Source of the DNA: Candidatus Kapaibacterium sp. | GTDB taxonomy: Bacteria > Bacteroidota > Ignavibacteria > Kapaibacteriales > UBA2268 | DNA length: 64,000 bases | Assembly: GCA_963665665.1 (NCBI GenBank) | Contig: OY762428.1 | Span: forward strand, 2,496,001-2,560,000 | Direction of reading: 5' to 3' | Shown: in pieces, positions 42,989-52,085 of the stretch | How positions within the stretch are numbered: position 1 is the stretch's first letter | Layout: each line of letters begins with the position of its first letter | Position numbers and translations under genes: made by a program | The notes under the pieces: model-generated | Database searches by the model: none | Seen by the model: the letters and a program-made list of their open reading frames with translations, nothing else | What the model was told of the DNA's origin: nothing

Positions 42989-43100
42989 CCTCCACAAACC
43001 CGTCCCGTCCACGATTTGTCGGGATCCGAAGGAGGGACTTACTGCAAAGCCCTACCCTTCGGGGAGACGCGGCCCCATACGAGTTTTTTTGGGGGTTGGG
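42989..43100. repeat. Degenerate GC-rich palindromic (REP/MITE-like) element with nested palindrome
   Basis: GC-rich patch in AT-rich intergenic DNA; CCGAAGG...CCTTCGG arms; CCGTCCACGATTTGTCGGG matches 60362-60380 at 18/19. Confidence 0.55.
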
Positions 43101-43226
43101 AACTGAATGGGAATAATCAATAACCGGGACTTCAAAAAATATATGGATTCCGGATGTCTGAATTTTTTTGTAAGGTTAATACTCAACCTGGCAGGTTGGA
43201 TTATTTCATTAATATTAGTCCGGGAT

Positions 43227-43256
43227 AAAAAAAAGCTCCTGCACTTGGAGGAGCTT
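43227..43256 (-). terminator. Terminator after lipoprotein gene
   Basis: Minus strand AAGCTCCT-N8-AGGAGCTT plus T tract. Confidence 0.8.
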
Positions 43257-43280
43257 ATTAAGTAAATATTTTAAAAATTA

Positions 43281-43928
43281 TTACAATTTCGCAAGTTCTT
43301 TTATGTTCATGCCAGCCAGTACTTTTCTTGCAAGGTCGGTATTTTTCTGGAATGTGGCTGTAACTTCAACAATAAAACGATATGCCACCGAATAAGTAAC
43401 TTCTACCCTGCCGTTTTTATTATTGAACTTCTCGAAAGCGAAAACATCGTCTATGCCGGTATCGAAGGTTCTTTCAAAGCCGCTATCATCTTCCCTGGAG
43501 TATCCGTTCATCCAGAAAGCCATTGCCATCAATCCTGCTGCATGCTGGTTGAAGTCAATTACTTTAACGTTCATAACAGACTCACCGTCAGCTGTTTGAA
43601 ATTGAACTTTTGCTTCGGAAAGGGAAAACATCATCATGTTGGTTGTTTCTCCGCCAGGCTTGCCGGCTGTGTAGCCCGGGATTTCAGTTGGCAGATATTT
43701 CTGGAGGTCTTTATAGTTCATTGCCAGAGTATCGCCACGTTCCTTTCGGGCCATGATAATTTCTTCTGAACGGTCAACTCTTTTTTCAAGTTCTTCTGCT
43801 TTTTCGGGCAGGTCTTTCATTGTTTCGGCGAACTGCTTAAGTTCCTCAACTTCACTGTTTTCACCGCCACCGCAGGAAATAAAGCCAATAAATGATAAGC
43901 ACATAAGCATGGCAAGTACCTTCTTCAT
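43281..43928 (-). CDS. Hypothetical lipoprotein
   Basis: MKK, hydrophobic stretch and FISC lipobox followed by GGG linker; GAGG RBS. Confidence 0.8.
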   Translation of the reverse strand: MKKVLAMLMCLSFIGFISCGGGENSEVEELKQFAETMKDLPEKAEELEKRVDRSEEIIMARKERGDTLAMNYKDLQKYLPTEIPGYTAGKPGGETTNMMMFSLSEAKVQFQTADGESVMNVKVIDFNQHAAGLMAMAFWMNGYSREDDSGFERTFDTGIDDVFAFEKFNNKNGRVEVTYSVAYRFIVEVTATFQKNTDLARKVLAGMNIKELAKL

Positions 43929-44229
43929 AAATTACCTCGATAAATATGTGTAAAACAAAGTATTTTCATCACTATAATCTAACACATTTTTTTGAAATTT
44001 TCAATTTTATTAAACTATTCAAAAATTTTTATTTCAGTGGAGGTGAAATTTTTACTTACAGAATATTTATTCTAATAGCAACAACTAATAAAATAATCAA
44101 TGGTAAAATCGTCTGAAAATTATTGATAGTTATAAAAAATTTCATTTTGCATTAATATATATTTCATAAACATGCGTGATTCAGAAATGATATAAACAGT
44201 CCCATATTATGCCACATAAAGGAAACTGA

Positions 44230-47200
44230 ATGAAATATATTAAGTTACTTTCTTTGTTGATAACACTTTTGATTTTTACAAACGATGATGCTTTTTCTTG
44301 GCAGGAATGCGACTCAATCCGATCCTGTCTTGGCAGGGCTCTTACCCTTACCGTTAATGAAGGCAAAGGAGCCCACTATGTGGATATTGTTAAAACATCA
44401 TCATGGAATAAATTTGATAAAGAACTAACATTCCAGGCATGGATTAACCCCGAGAAACAGGAAGGCAAAACGGTATTTCTTGCCGGTCTGTGGGGCCCTG
44501 CTTACGATAAAAATGATGTCTGGAGAATTTATTTTACTCCCGACGACCGCCTGATATTTGAAGTGAACGGCCCGGAAACCGATATGAGATATGCGGATAA
44601 TACTTTCGCGGAATTTGAAGCGGCAGGTCTATATGATAAATGGTCGCATATTAGCGCTGTATTTGACGGCTATACTGAGCAGGTATATCTTTATATTGAC
44701 GGTATTGTGGTTGATTCATCCCGAAATGCATCCTACCCGGCAGACAGGCTCCGAAAACAGACCAACCCGGAGTTGCCAGTTCAGCTTGGCTCTACTTCTT
44801 CTCTATCGGATAATCCCGATAATCGTACATTCCGGGGGCAGATAGACGAAGTGAAAATCTGGGCAAGGTCGCTGCCACCCGATGAAATCCTATGCCAGAA
44901 AGACAAAGCCCACTACGGAACCGAAGACAGCCTTATGGTTTATTACAGAATGAACGAAACTCCTGTGGTATATAATCTGTGCGATGCTACCGGGCACGGA
45001 AACTTCGGGAAAGCCCGCAGCGGGGCCTCCTGCCAGTACTCGGACAGAAAATTTATTACAACCGTGATCGGATCACCATTAAAAATCACGGATACATTAA
45101 AATGTGACACTGAAAAAAGCTGGACATTTACCGTGGTTGATACCGGTGTTTGTCAGAACAGGATATGGATGCGTGTTCTTGATGAACGAAAATCTGAATA
45201 TACTATCACTCCTTCGAATACATATCTTGAACCGGGCATACCTACCCAATTCACACTGACATTGAATACAGAATATGTCGGTAATATTAAAAGCCGCCTT
45301 CAGATAATTCCATATAACTGGTGCAGGCAGGTTATTACCGTACCGCTTGATTTAACCAGGATAACTGAACTCCAATACGACAAAGATACAGTTGAGTTCG
45401 GAGAGTTGCTGGCACACTGTACCGAGAAGCCCTGGGTTGACAGTACAATAAGGATTTGCAACCGTAGCGACCTGCTCGGAACACCGGAGGATATAACAAT
45501 AAATTCCATAACATCACAAATGCCTGACGTTTTCAGGCCTATTCACGGCGCTTTGCCTGTAACACTGAAACCCGGAGACTGCTATGAATTTGACGTCAGA
45601 TTTATTTCGGGTGATACAACTGCATTATATCTTGATACGCTAATGATCAATTCCACTGATAAATGTGTCGGATCCGGAAAAATTCCTTTGTCTGGCTCTG
45701 TGATGGATGTGCTGGCAATTACCGGTAAGGATGGCAGTACAAGGATGGACAGCATTGATTTCGGGACAGTCTGCGTGGATTATGCTTCAAATGCTGTTAA
45801 CTGGCTGTGGACAAACCTTAGCGATGAAGATATTTTTATTGATTCTATTATCGTACCCGGGCATTTTATTGTAAAAAAATTCAAATATCCCGTTATGCTT
45901 GAACCGGCTACCGGGTATAAGGATAATTATTTCAGATTTACGCCCGAAGCTCCCGGCGTATTTATGGATTCAATTGTTTTTGTTGTCCGCGCAGGGGGCT
46001 GTACTATTATGAAGCCAGTATATGTTCAGGGACGAGGCTTTTTCGCTGACGTTAGGTTTACAGTTGATTCGGCTGATTTCGGCGATGTGATTATAGGGCA
46101 GGAACTATCGCAAAATATTTCTGTAAAAAATCACAGCGATGATACTCTTACGCTTGCATTTTATCTGCGAACGGGTGAATCTTTCTTCCTGACTGGCACA
46201 AGGCAATTCAGCCTTACACCGGGTCAGACGAAATCGCTGCCCGTTACTTTCCGCCCGGTTGATGAAGAAATTTATTACGACGAAATATGCCTTTTTGAAC
46301 AGAGATGCTATACCTCGGCATGTATAAATATAAAAGGCAGGGGAGTTCTGGAACGCTTCGATTTCGAACCCCTGGTAATGAGAACAGACAATGTTCTGGC
46401 GTGCAGCAATATGGACGACACATTGAATATTATTAACCGTTCGGGCGTTACTCAGGAATTGAGCGATTTTGTGCTGAACGATCCTTCAGGCAGGTTCAGC
46501 TTTGTCGATCCTCCGACGCCGCCCTCCAGCGTGATGTTGTCGCCTGGCGAATCTCAGAGATTTATTTTCAACTATGACCCCAATGACCTGACTACCGACC
46601 GGGCTGACAGAGCCTTCCTGGATTACAGGACATCCGACGGCGTGGAATGGTCTGCAAAGCTTTTCGGAACATCGATAGTGCCTAAAATATTTGTTACGGA
46701 TCAGACGCTTTACGGCATACTTGAAGTAGGAGACAGCAAACGCGATACTATTACAATTGAAAATTCCTCGCCGCTTGATATTCAAATTGATTCCATATAT
46801 GTTCCAAACGGTTTTACGCTGATATGGCCGGGAACTAATCCAAATATTGTTCTTGGCCCGAGGGATTCCATTCAGGCGATAATAGATTTTACTCCCGCCG
46901 TTCCCGGCGAATATTCGGACACTATTGAAGTATTTTCCACTTCTCCATGCCTGGTTCGCGGAACAGGAATTCTTGCCGGTACTGCAGTTATTGTACCGCT
47001 TGAAGCGCCGTTGTCGGTTATCAGTTTTGGCTTTGTTCGTCCCTGTGATTGCGAAACAAGGACTGTTCCCCTGGTGAACGGTTCAAAGGTATTTGATATG
47101 AGTATAGACAGTATCTGGATTGACGATAATAATATTCCTGTGGCAAATCCGGAATTTTTCTCATGGACATCTTTCTATTCTCCTGACGGTACTACGCCTT

Positions 47201-49218
47201 ATTCAATACCTCCATGGTCCAGAGATACGGTTAAGATAACATATTGCCCGAGAACAACTTCCGAAAGGCAGAAAGTTGATAACGCCGCGAGGCTGAATAT
47301 ACTTGCTTCAGGTTCGGGATGGGAAGGCGATTACGATGTATTTCTTGCAGGAAAAAGCCAGCTTATGTTCGAGCCATTGCCTGTTGAACATACATTCCCG
47401 CCCACCAGGGTCGATACTTTCTCTGTTCCGGGATATATAAAACTGAAAATTCCGGGCCTGGATATGAATCCTGACCAGTCGGATATAAAAATTGACAGCA
47501 TTACATTTGTTCCGAACGAGAGAGTTTTCTTTGCATCGGACAGCCTGGGGAATCCATTCCCTTTATCACTAATATCCCCTGATTCACTGATGATACAGGT
47601 AGATTTCAAACCGAGAGCTGTAAGGGCCTACTCGGCAAAGATGAAGATTCATGCATCCCGGCCATGCTCATTCAGCGATACAACTGTGCTTCTGAACGGC
47701 GTGGGCTTTGCTCCGGCATTCGGGCTTGATTTCGTATTCGAGAACGACAGGGTACCGCTGGATACTTTCAGGTTTATTAATTGCGATACTTTAACGATTC
47801 CGGTCTATTCTTCAAGGAATTTTCCCGCCGAGGTAGTTGATATTAAATGTCGCATCGGGTATGATACTACAAAGCTGATGTATATTTCATCCCAATCCGA
47901 TTACTTAGATGAAAGCTGCGGAGTACATGTTCCCAATATCAGCCATACAATATCCCAATACGGAGGCAGTGAATTCCTGCTGAAAAATTTCTGCAATGTA
48001 GATTCGCTCCGGCCAATCGTAACTGCAAAATATATTGCCCTGCAGCCGGACAGGGACACATTGCGAATAACCGTTGACAGCATATATTTCGATACGGAGG
48101 AAGTGATATTATATCATATAATAGCCGAGACGGACAGCGGCAGGGTGATAATCCTTGAGCCTGATTTCGAGATACTTTCTCCCGTGGTATTTGATTCAAC
48201 CATGGTACTGGATTGTCAGAGTAGAATCGCACAGATATTAAATACGGGCGACGTTCCATTGTCAGTTGACAATATACTTGAGCTACCGCCGGATGTAAAA
48301 GTAATATCATCCGTCCCGCCACCGGTTTCAATGTTCAATCCCGGAGAAATTGCAGAGATCACGCTTGAGTTCTGCCCGCGGCGCAAACAGGAATTTGATA
48401 CATTATATCTTGCTGAAAGCATCAATCCCTGCTTTATGGCAAATTCCAATACCATAAGGGGAATTGGATATGCGCCGGAATTTCCTTTTGTTAACGATGT
48501 GGCATTTAATTTCACCGTGCCGGATACGCTCAGCACGCAGATAGGCGATACTATCGCCATTCCTCTTGTTTTCGAGAAAGACTTTTCGGCAGTGAGGCAC
48601 GGGATTGAATACTGGCTGAACGGCCTGAGCTTTACGCTTGATATGGCTTATAATCCCAGGGCGTTGAAATATCTTGATATTCAAAACAACACGGGCGGAG
48701 ATATGGAAGTTGATTACTCCCACGGTTTCCTGAAACTGAATTTCTCCGGGGTGGATACCCTGAAAGCCGGGCCTGCCGCCGAGGCAAGATTCCTTGCAGC
48801 TGTGCCGGATTCCGTGATATCATTTATCTACACTGAATCATACGGTTTCGAAACCGACTCCATTTTCTTCCTTGACCTGATACCCTCGGGATCGGACGCA
48901 TTCTTCCTAAGCGGAGAGAAATGCAATATCAACAGCCTGCAATTTCCGGACGAGATAGTCGAAGGCATCAGGCATTATCCCCAGCCCTGGAATGATATGC
49001 TAAGGATAACCTTCCGCCTTTCAGAGAAATCGGAACTAAGCCTGAGAATACTGAATTCTCAGGGCGTTGAAGTTTTAGAACCGATAGCGCCGGAAACAAA
49101 AGAAAGCGGAATTTATAATATCAATATCCCGTCCCGGAACCTGAGCAGCGGACTGTACTATTATGTCCTGAAAGCAGGCGGTGAGATCAAAACAGGCAAG
49201 ATAGTTTTATTGAAGTAA
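44230..49218 (+). CDS. Large secreted protein: LamG-like domain, tandem Ig-like domains, possible cohesin-like domains, T9SS CTD
   Basis: 1662 aa; signal peptide; W.HI.AVFDG..YLYIDG and FRGQIDEVKIW (LamG); repeated DFG.V...N...L.PG...F.P; HYPQP...GLYYYVL..GKIVLLK. Confidence 0.87.
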   Translation: MKYIKLLSLLITLLIFTNDDAFSWQECDSIRSCLGRALTLTVNEGKGAHYVDIVKTSSWNKFDKELTFQAWINPEKQEGKTVFLAGLWGPAYDKNDVWRIYFTPDDRLIFEVNGPETDMRYADNTFAEFEAAGLYDKWSHISAVFDGYTEQVYLYIDGIVVDSSRNASYPADRLRKQTNPELPVQLGSTSSLSDNPDNRTFRGQIDEVKIWARSLPPDEILCQKDKAHYGTEDSLMVYYRMNETPVVYNLCDATGHGNFGKARSGASCQYSDRKFITTVIGSPLKITDTLKCDTEKSWTFTVVDTGVCQNRIWMRVLDERKSEYTITPSNTYLEPGIPTQFTLTLNTEYVGNIKSRLQIIPYNWCRQVITVPLDLTRITELQYDKDTVEFGELLAHCTEKPWVDSTIRICNRSDLLGTPEDITINSITSQMPDVFRPIHGALPVTLKPGDCYEFDVRFISGDTTALYLDTLMINSTDKCVGSGKIPLSGSVMDVLAITGKDGSTRMDSIDFGTVCVDYASNAVNWLWTNLSDEDIFIDSIIVPGHFIVKKFKYPVMLEPATGYKDNYFRFTPEAPGVFMDSIVFVVRAGGCTIMKPVYVQGRGFFADVRFTVDSADFGDVIIGQELSQNISVKNHSDDTLTLAFYLRTGESFFLTGTRQFSLTPGQTKSLPVTFRPVDEEIYYDEICLFEQRCYTSACINIKGRGVLERFDFEPLVMRTDNVLACSNMDDTLNIINRSGVTQELSDFVLNDPSGRFSFVDPPTPPSSVMLSPGESQRFIFNYDPNDLTTDRADRAFLDYRTSDGVEWSAKLFGTSIVPKIFVTDQTLYGILEVGDSKRDTITIENSSPLDIQIDSIYVPNGFTLIWPGTNPNIVLGPRDSIQAIIDFTPAVPGEYSDTIEVFSTSPCLVRGTGILAGTAVIVPLEAPLSVISFGFVRPCDCETRTVPLVNGSKVFDMSIDSIWIDDNNIPVANPEFFSWTSFYSPDGTTPYSIPPWSRDTVKITYCPRTTSERQKVDNAARLNILASGSGWEGDYDVFLAGKSQLMFEPLPVEHTFPPTRVDTFSVPGYIKLKIPGLDMNPDQSDIKIDSITFVPNERVFFASDSLGNPFPLSLISPDSLMIQVDFKPRAVRAYSAKMKIHASRPCSFSDTTVLLNGVGFAPAFGLDFVFENDRVPLDTFRFINCDTLTIPVYSSRNFPAEVVDIKCRIGYDTTKLMYISSQSDYLDESCGVHVPNISHTISQYGGSEFLLKNFCNVDSLRPIVTAKYIALQPDRDTLRITVDSIYFDTEEVILYHIIAETDSGRVIILEPDFEILSPVVFDSTMVLDCQSRIAQILNTGDVPLSVDNILELPPDVKVISSVPPPVSMFNPGEIAEITLEFCPRRKQEFDTLYLAESINPCFMANSNTIRGIGYAPEFPFVNDVAFNFTVPDTLSTQIGDTIAIPLVFEKDFSAVRHGIEYWLNGLSFTLDMAYNPRALKYLDIQNNTGGDMEVDYSHGFLKLNFSGVDTLKAGPAAEARFLAAVPDSVISFIYTESYGFETDSIFFLDLIPSGSDAFFLSGEKCNINSLQFPDEIVEGIRHYPQPWNDMLRITFRLSEKSELSLRILNSQGVEVLEPIAPETKESGIYNINIPSRNLSSGLYYYVLKAGGEIKTGKIVLLK

Positions 49219-49234
49219 TATTTCTTATATTAAA

Positions 49235-49263
49235 TCATCCGATCACTTCAAGTGATCGGATGA
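49235..49263. repeat. Perfect 14-bp inverted repeat between convergent genes (REP-like and/or terminator)
   Basis: TCATCCGATCACTT-C-AAGTGATCGGATGA. Confidence 0.8.
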
Positions 49264-49281
49264 GTTGTTTTTTATTCTTTC

Positions 49282-51774
49282 CTACTTCTCCACTACTATC
49301 GGAATACTATCCGTGATACCGTTGTGCCGGACGAGGATAAAGTAAATGCCCGAGGGAACTGCCGAACAGTTCCAGATGAATTCCGCCGAGGCTTTGTTCA
49401 GCCAATTTATTTCGATATTTTCTTTGTTTTGCACCTGTTCGCCGGATAGATCGTAAACGCCCATAATTGATTCTTCAAGATCGAAGCTCATATCGTAGGA
49501 TATCAGGGTTTTTATCAGGTTGCGGCCCGGCAAGGGATATGGATTCCCGGCATAGAAATGATTAGTGTAGTAAAGCTTTTCGGCCTGTATTTCAACCCCT
49601 ACCGGTGCGTGCTCTTCTGTCATCATGCGGTAGTAGTTGAAGGGGCGCAGGCTGTCACTTAGCCCGACGAGAGCCACATTGCCCTTGCAAATAACGGAAG
49701 AAAATGTCGGGCGGCCATAATCCCAGGGAGCGTCCTCCCATTTCGTCAGGTCGTTTCTGTCAGTATTTTCGAGGAAAAGCTCCTCGCCGAGAATGTAAAA
49801 CTTTCCGCTAAGCTCCATAAAGAAAATGCTGTCCAGCTCTGCATTTTCGTAAAGATTATCAAATGTATTGCGTTTCCTGTCGTACATCAGTATTCGTGCG
49901 GGATATGTAGCGGCAAAGAACACAGAATCCTTGTTCAGTTCGTATATCTGGCTGAACTCAAGCCATTCGTCAATTTTGTATATTGATTTCCTTACCCTGC
50001 CGCTGTCTGTGGCTTCTAACACTTCAAAAGCTGAAAAATAATTCTGGCTTTGCTCTTTTGTGGAGCAGAACTTCAAAAAAGAATCAAAATTATCGGCAAG
50101 AACATAATGAACATAGCATAATGAATCGGTTACAGCAATATCGCAGTTCAGCTTCACCTCCGGGTTGGTCTCCTCGAATATGTTCTCGTCAAAAATATAA
50201 GTATAATTCGTTGATAAGGGATTGTCAAGATAGGCGCAAAACAGGTATTTGCTTCCGGATTTGCATATATTAGTCATGTTTCTTTCGGCAGGATTTCCGC
50301 AGTGGTTAAATGGCGTTAATGTGTGTGGATAAAACGATCGACCGTAATTGTTTGTATAGAAAATATTTCCGCAAGGGTAGTTCATCCAGGACTTATAGCC
50401 AAGTATAAAGCCGCTTCCGTCTTTATTGAAATACTCACCGGATGGGTTTGTTAAGGCGTGATACGTTAATTCCGGAACAGAATCATGAATAATTGCAATT
50501 CTTTTTACTGGTTGGAATGTATTGCCGTAATCAAAGCTTGTATTGATTTCATTAAAATTATTATCGGAATAATTTTCTTTTTTCCTGAATGAATATGTGG
50601 AATCATTCCAGATAAAAGCAGGCTTACCGGAGTTGCTGGAAACAAGCTCCCAGGATTCCCCGAGATTTTCAGCTTTTAGCAATGTGTTTTCTATTCCGGC
50701 GCTTAGAACTGTTTTATTCCCGCACACGTAATTGCGTTCCCTTATTTTTTGATATATGCCGTTCTGAAAAACCGACGGCTGTCCGTAATTATTCAGGCTG
50801 TGGTAATGATTAATAAATTCATTTCCGATATTAACAAATGTGTCTGCAGGCGTAGAAAAATATTGAAACAAACCAAAATCCCACTGAAATTGAAATGTTG
50901 TATCATCTATATAATCATTAGCATAAAGCATTTTATCGAAAACATAATATGTATTTCCTAAAACATAATTATTCTTAAAATAATCCTTATCACTCCTGTT
51001 CATATAAAGCGTATCCGTGTAAAAATAAGTCCAGTTATCATAATCATCATCCGACATATATAGCTGACCGGCTATATTAAACACGTATTCTTCATTAATT
51101 TTCATTATGTCTCTTAGCCTGTATGTTGCCGGGTTAGTAATATACATTTTATCATTTAGCGTAATCACCCTGCTTTCTATAAGGTCCGGTGAAAGAACAA
51201 GGAATGAACTGTATTTATATGAAAGAGCAGCAATAATTTCGTCATTTCTTTCTCCAATAAAAGTGTTATCGTAATATTTAGGCAATTCATCAGGACTGAA
51301 AAAAGGATTTGAGCTTTCTTCCGAAATTATTAAAGTATCTATATATTCATTTATCAGGTTATAATTTTTATCGAATCGGAAAATACTTTGTTGGGTTCTG
51401 ATATAAACAAAATCGCCAAAAGATAGAATATTAACAAAAATATTATCCTCGCCTGTTTCGAATTTGGTTTTCAACCATGTTTTCCCTTTATCAACCGATT
51501 TGAGCAATATATCCGGGTTCAATATTCCAAACAAAGTATCGTTGGCATTAACAATTTTCCTGATTTCACCATATTCGTGAATATATCTGTGCTTCCAAGT
51601 TTTACCCCCGTCCATCGACTCCAGCCCCGAACCGTTCGTCCCGTAAGCAATAATATAATCCCCTGCGGCTACTGTACCCAAATAATGTATTTTCAGCGGC
51701 ATAAGGTTGAAGGTTTCGGCAGCAGTGATTTGAAAAGAAATACAAAGCAAGGTAAGTATCAAAAACTTTTTCAT
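49282..51774 (-). CDS. Secreted Asp-box/BNR-repeat protein with T9SS CTD
   Basis: Signal peptide; SMDGGKTW, SVDKGKTW, SFDYGNTF, TNNYGRSF; PYPLP...GIYFILV CTD. Confidence 0.82.
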   Translation of the reverse strand: MKKFLILTLLCISFQITAAETFNLMPLKIHYLGTVAAGDYIIAYGTNGSGLESMDGGKTWKHRYIHEYGEIRKIVNANDTLFGILNPDILLKSVDKGKTWLKTKFETGEDNIFVNILSFGDFVYIRTQQSIFRFDKNYNLINEYIDTLIISEESSNPFFSPDELPKYYDNTFIGERNDEIIAALSYKYSSFLVLSPDLIESRVITLNDKMYITNPATYRLRDIMKINEEYVFNIAGQLYMSDDDYDNWTYFYTDTLYMNRSDKDYFKNNYVLGNTYYVFDKMLYANDYIDDTTFQFQWDFGLFQYFSTPADTFVNIGNEFINHYHSLNNYGQPSVFQNGIYQKIRERNYVCGNKTVLSAGIENTLLKAENLGESWELVSSNSGKPAFIWNDSTYSFRKKENYSDNNFNEINTSFDYGNTFQPVKRIAIIHDSVPELTYHALTNPSGEYFNKDGSGFILGYKSWMNYPCGNIFYTNNYGRSFYPHTLTPFNHCGNPAERNMTNICKSGSKYLFCAYLDNPLSTNYTYIFDENIFEETNPEVKLNCDIAVTDSLCYVHYVLADNFDSFLKFCSTKEQSQNYFSAFEVLEATDSGRVRKSIYKIDEWLEFSQIYELNKDSVFFAATYPARILMYDRKRNTFDNLYENAELDSIFFMELSGKFYILGEELFLENTDRNDLTKWEDAPWDYGRPTFSSVICKGNVALVGLSDSLRPFNYYRMMTEEHAPVGVEIQAEKLYYTNHFYAGNPYPLPGRNLIKTLISYDMSFDLEESIMGVYDLSGEQVQNKENIEINWLNKASAEFIWNCSAVPSGIYFILVRHNGITDSIPIVVEK

Positions 51775-52085
51775 CTCCAATCCTTTATAATTATGGATAA
51801 TTATTTCCCCGAATATTTAATATCTAAATCTGATTCTTTATTAATGTAGGAAATATTTTATATATAAGCAAGAAAAAAACAAATAATCTTAATTATTTTT
51901 CACAAGTATTTATGTTTTTATAACTATATTACTCATCAGAACTTTGCAGTATAGAATTAAGACTGAGGATGTGATGTATTATGGTAACATTTCTGAAATT
52001 TTGCATTCCCAACAAAATTTATTAATTTTAAAAACTTGGAACTTGTACTATTAGTATTTATTTGTTTATTAATTAAGGTTGGGTT

